A stretch of 64,000 bases of DNA from Guillardia theta CCMP2712 (taxonomy: Eukaryota > Protista > Cryptophyta). The notes beneath the pieces are model-generated. The model ran no database searches and was not told the DNA's origin. It worked only from the letters and a program-made list of their open reading frames with translations. The stretch lies in NCBI RefSeq assembly GCF_000315625.1, contig NW_005434664.1, forward strand, positions 526,167 to 590,166. The letters run 5' to 3'. Shown one piece after another: positions 59,501 through 64,000 of the stretch. The first letter of the stretch is position 1. The number at the start of each line of letters is the position of its first letter. Both the position numbers and the translations under genes were made by a program.

Positions 59501-60056
59501 AACAGCAGCAGGAGCATCAACAGGAGCATCAGCCAACAGAAATAATTTCAAAACCAAAGCAGATCAACTCTGATTTGTCGGAGCTGACGGTGGAGCTTGC
59601 GGAGCCTTTTGTCGAGGAGCAGGTGAAGGTGCAGGCTAGATCTTCCCAACCGGCACGGGAAACGGCAGGAGAGAGAGGAGACAAGAAGACAAGTCGACGT
59701 GTGGACGAGGAGGTCGCTCGGGAGGAGAGGTACTCGCCTGCTGCGCCTGTTGAAGACGAGGGAACGTCGCCGGAGTATGGCAACGACTTTGAGGAGGTCA
59801 GAGATGAAGAAGTAGTGGAGGAGGAGGAGGAGGAGCAAAGGTCTGGACAGTTGAAAGCGAGCGGAGGGGTGGATGAAACGACAGTCGACGACTACTTGGA
59901 GGAGGATGAGGAGGATCCCTTTCAAGGTGAGGAAGGAGACGTGAGTTGAGGCGGATCTGACTGGTTGCAGTGGACGAGGAGGAAGAGATCATTGAGGACG
60001 ACGACTTTGGCAACGTGGGGGAGGAAGGGATGTACGAGGACGACGACTTCGAGTGA
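56541..60056 (+). CDS. Protein with three PB1-like modules, an IQCE/lebercilin-like coiled coil and an acidic tail
   Basis: Repeated module 'C-(H/E)...(W/F)xDF...LR.....V.FTY....E...V.....F' at ~56580-56880, ~58250-58550 and ~58700-58970. Central LVHNMKKRIKELE..KEEEMKKLKMDTRVTRLTELEVERDAFLQEVRRLQ resembles the IQCE coiled coil. Spans an assembly gap. Confidence 0.65.
59235..59334. other. Assembly gap (100 N) within a GA-rich repeat (GAGAGG)n
   Basis: Run of n flanked by polypurine hexamer repeats. Confidence 0.98.
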
Positions 60057-60142
60057 TCGGAATAGGTTTGATTCTCCGATGAATATAAATTAACAGCTAA
60101 GCGTCTATACAACATTCACAGCCTCTTCTCCCTCCCTCTCCT

Positions 60143-63116
60143 TCACTCAGAGTCAGACGACGACGAGTCCTCCGAGTCGCTCTCCTCTCCCTTCCTCAAG
60201 TGCGCAATGTTCAGCTGCTCGATGTTCTGCAGCCCTGACAAGTATTTCCCGCTCGCTATGCCCTTCGCCAGCATCTGCGTCTGATCCATGTTGACCGTCT
60301 GACCCAGCTGCTCTCGTCTCGCTGCCTCCTCTTCTCGGAGAGCCTGCGATTTCGTAGTCAGTTCTCTCTTTTCTTCATCATCTGCTCAATAATGACCTCC
60401 TGTTGCTTCCTTCGTTCCTCTGCCTGACGCTCAGCCTCCTGCTGTTCTTCGAGGAGCTTCTGCTGCCTGAGTCGTTCCTGCTCCTGCTCTTCTTCTAACG
60501 CCTTGCGCTTCTCTTCCTCTTTTCGGAGTCGCTCTCTCTCTTCTTCCCGCTTCTTTTCTTCTTCGCGTTGCTTGTTCAGTTGATCTTTGGTCTGTCAGTC
60601 AAGTCAGAGTCTTCACTTGTAAGACAACAGCCAACGACTTGGATTTGAGACCAGGACTGCGAGAAGCCTGTCTCATTGTTCGCCGTCTCGTTGTTCTCCT
60701 CGTCCTCTCCCAGCAAAGAAGCTCCCCACGCGCTTGTGTTTGCAATCTGCGGCTGGTCACACTCATCGAGTTTCGAGCTGCAGCTCACCTGCACGGGCTT
60801 CTTCTCGATTCCTGTCGGGAGGATCTGAGGCTTCTCAGCCGGTTCCTAGCAGGCAGTGAGGACAAGCGGCAATCTCAGGCGCATCAACTTCACCTTGACA
60901 ACCTCTGGTGACCTCTGCCTGCTCTCCTCCTCCTGCCCGCCATTCCCCGACACGCTGCCTCCAGTCGCCGCCATGCTGCCTCCAGTCGCCGACACGCTGC
61001 CTCCAGGCGCCGCTATGTTTGGCTGCTCCTTAGTCTACCCAAGACGATAGGGTAAAATGCAGATGCTTAATCACAGGGTCCTACCTCAGTCTTGGTGTTC
61101 ACTTCAACTCTCTTGGCCTCCACTGGCTGAGGCTTCGGAGGAGGTTTGGGAGTGACCGCGACACTTTTCCTGGAGTGCAAGTGAGCGGGTCTCTCGTAAC
61201 AAGCGAGCATCACTTCATGTCACTCTCGCTCTCGCTGCTGCTGCTGTCACTGTCGCTGCTGTCGCTGCTGTCGCTGCTGCTGGTTTCATTGGCCTGTAGG
61301 ACATCGTCACATTTGCACGGGCTGATTCTATTACCTTGATGGCTGAACTAAGAGCAGATGATTTTGAACTTCCCACAGCAGCAGCAGCAGCAGCAGGTCT
61401 GTGTCGGGACTGGAACAAGGCATAAGGAGGCGAGCAACAGAGGAAATGAAACCTTGAATAGACAATCTTCCACAAATCTTTGCAGCTCACGGAGCGTCAG
61501 GTTGTCCAACGAGTCGATGTCGATCTCGATCTCTTCATCGTCCGCCAACACCGTCGCTTGCCGTTTCCGAATGATCGCGATGATCTACGAAATGCGTCAG
61601 GCTCAATCAAATCCCCTGGCGGAACAGAAAGCTACCTGGTCTGTCTGCTCGCCGCTGAGTTTCTGTATGTTCATGCTCAAATCTCGTTTTTCGTCGAATG
61701 TCATAGCCTTGTTCGCCGAGACTGGCGCTTTCTTCTTCGCGGATCCTCCTCCCTGCTTTGAGTTCTGGCGCAGCATCAAATGTGAATGCAAGCACATCGA
61801 AGAGCCCACCTTCGCTTCGCGTATACTTGTTACTTCCCTCTGCAGCATTTCTACTTTTCGTTGCATCTCCAAGATCTTACGATCGCCTCCTGGCCCTGAT
61901 GCTGCTGGGCTGGAAGCAGATGCCGCTGATTGTGCGCTGCTGACAGCTGCGACTGACGAACGCTTGCAAGACGGCAGGAGCGCATTTTCGAAGTAGCTCG
62001 CCATGTGCCTTGCGCACTCGTGCACGTCGTTGCCCGGGGGATTGAAAACCATCGCGTTCTCCCACACAAGCTTGACGTCAGCCACCCACTGCTCTTTTCG
62101 TTCATAGAATCCGTTTTCCAGTTTGCTCAGAACGGTCCCTAAATCCATCGGATTCTTGATGACGTCTAGGTACGTTGGGATATCTGTTGGGGTCAAGGTG
62201 AGGAATTCACCAAGAGAGGTGAGGCGAGCCTAGATGAAAGACTCACTGAGAGCAACGGGATCAACTGGCACATTGAAGTAGGCTTCGCATATTGGGTTGT
62301 CAATCAGACTCTTGACGACCTACAAGGGAGTCATCACCCACCAGACACTTTTCCTTGCAATCGCACCTTCTTACAGGCATCCTCCCAACTCTTGCCGCTC
62401 TTTCTCTTTGTTTTTGATTCTCTGCAAAGTAATCTCACGAGTCAGCCGTATGATCACACCAACAGAACCTTTCTTCAGCTCCTTTCGCACGTTTCCCCTC
62501 CGGTTGTCTTGAGCCAGAGTCAGGTTGTTTTCGCTTTCCTGAATTTGCTGGTGTATCCCAAAGCGGTGTGCTATCCCTACAAAAGGATCACTTTCGAAAT
62601 TCAAAGGTATTGACTCGATGTGATAAGAGAAGGCAAAAGGCAACCTTCTTGTCTTGACGGAGTCTAAAGCATTCCAGCTACTTGATACAGCCTCATAAGT
62701 GATTTGCGACACTTGGGCATTCGCTGCTTCAATCTTGTGCAGTTGTGCATTGATTTTACGAAGGCGATCCTGCGATTACAAGTCGACTGTTATCCATGAG
62801 TCTTCTTGCATAAAGGATTTACCTGCAGCACTTTTTTCCTTTCAGACCAATAGTTAGAAGCACTTGAAGGCACAGGGTTTGTCGAGGTCGACGATGGCTG
62901 GCTGGCAGCTAGAGGAGCGGGCGATCCGTTTCCAGAAGCATGAGCATGCTTCACTTTGGTTCTGTGATGAGCGTGAGACTTCGTTTGCGAATCTGCAGGA
63001 GGATCGTAGCCTGAGGTGCAACTTCAATATCAAACAATTGAGAGCGAGTGCCTCCAACCGAACAGCTGAATCTTCTTGCGGTCACGCTTTTCGGGTAGTT
63101 TCTCCTCTTGCGACAT
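60143..63116 (-). CDS. BET/GTE-family bromodomain + extra-terminal (ET) domain protein
   Basis: YFNVPVDPVAL|..IPTYLDVIKNPMDLGTVLSKLENGFY...DVKLVWENAMVFNPPGNDVHECA (bromodomain); MTFDEKRDLSMNIQKL..|IIAII...EIEIDIDSLDNLTLRELQRFV (ET). Ser-rich and coiled-coil C-terminus ending DSE*. Start approximate. Confidence 0.9.
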
Positions 63117-63665
63117 GTGCCCCAAGACAGGCTCGAGAACATATCCTTTCTGCACCTTGGCGAGCTTGGCTTGTTCCTTTGTCATTATCACTTCCTTCTT
63201 TCCCATCTTTGGAAATGGTCAAATCAACCATTCCGGTACAACAGGAGGGTTGCCTGAAGGTAGGGGACGGAAGCATCGCTCGCGCCTTCAGCTGAGGCTT
63301 GAACAGACATGTGAGTCTCGCTCATCGCAACTGAGTTGCAGAGCCGATCAAGACAGCAGCAAGATCAAAGCTGATCAGGTCTGCCTGTCAAGAAATCAAA
63401 ATTCTTTGCAGAATTAAAACCATCTTTCAAACCTTACTGGAAACTCAAGCCAAACAAAATCACACAGAGGTAGTCTTGTCTGACAAAACTGAAAGCTGAC
63501 CGTTATCAAGCATTTGAGTATCAATGCTTTGGGAAGTAGGCATGTATTTCGTTGGTGAAATCAGATTGATAGAATTTGAACAAAGCTCAAGGCCCAACAT
63601 GGTCTCCGGTATACACTGCCCTCCTCCCCAGCCACTACTGTAGTCCTCGTGACGTTCTTACTGAA

Positions 63666-63758
63666 ATGATTGATCTTTCTACAGCAAAACAACCTTATGA
63701 TTGATCTTTCTACAGCAAAACAACCTTATGATTGATCTTTCTACAGCAAAATAACCTT
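63666..63758. repeat. 31-bp tandem repeat x3 (ATGATTGATCTTTCTACAGCAAAACAACCTT)
   Basis: Three head-to-tail units, the third with one substitution; no spacers. Confidence 0.95.
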
Positions 63759-64000
63759 TGTTCTCATCAAAATTTACAAAACAATTTCCAGTGCGCAAAA
63801 TCAGTGCGCCTGTATATGGTCACATACATACATTTCCTGCTACCTGCATCTATCCTTCACATCTGGCTGCTATGAAACATCATCACATACGATCCAAACT
63901 TCTCCCTGCTTGTATTCTTGGTATATCTAACCCGGTAGTATTTTAGCGAGGAATGGATTCGTCTATACTACCATACGACGGTATGTGAATAAACAATGTT

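Noticed and set aside
63216-63660. Start of a plus-strand gene (MVKSTIPVQQEGCLK...)
   Set aside because: Plausible ATG and donor sites, but no consistent exon chain or recognisable product could be built.
63666-63758. 31-bp repeats as a CRISPR array
   Set aside because: Units are contiguous with no spacers, there are no cas genes, and the context is eukaryotic.

Overview
Eukaryotic nuclear DNA, gene-dense, with many ~40-55 nt GT-AG introns. Several nuclear genes carry a signal peptide followed by an (A)SAF-type bipartite plastid-targeting sequence (cytochrome c6, fused LeuC-LeuD, DUF819). This points to an alga with a red secondary plastid, most likely a cryptophyte such as Guillardia (inference). 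The flanks hold ordinary genes: a kinesin 5' end, a DUF819 membrane protein, a GAF protein, a PhyH-type dioxygenase, a giant coiled-coil/ankyrin protein, TRAPPC8, COX6A, a TlpA-like redoxin, petJ, an HNH nuclease, isopropylmalate isomerase, a PB1-like/IQCE-like protein and a BET bromodomain protein. The centre (~28.5-46.1 kb) has no host genes. It is a ~17.6 kb nest built almost entirely from one CRE-like non-LTR retrotransposon (RT + CCHC + restriction-like endonuclease) that has inserted into itself repeatedly in both orientations. About 18 copies of its 3' terminus are present, some only 7-31 nt long and flanked by 7-bp target-site duplications. The nest also contains fold-back hairpins, a ~1 kb inverted re-duplication of an already chimeric block, a young non-autonomous copia-type LTR element and a 2.4 kb TIR element with no TSD. 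Its edges look older than its core. This self-targeting nest is a candidate centromere or silencing (siRNA) locus and is the main finding. Exon boundaries were read by eye, and the outer coordinates of hypothetical genes are approximate.
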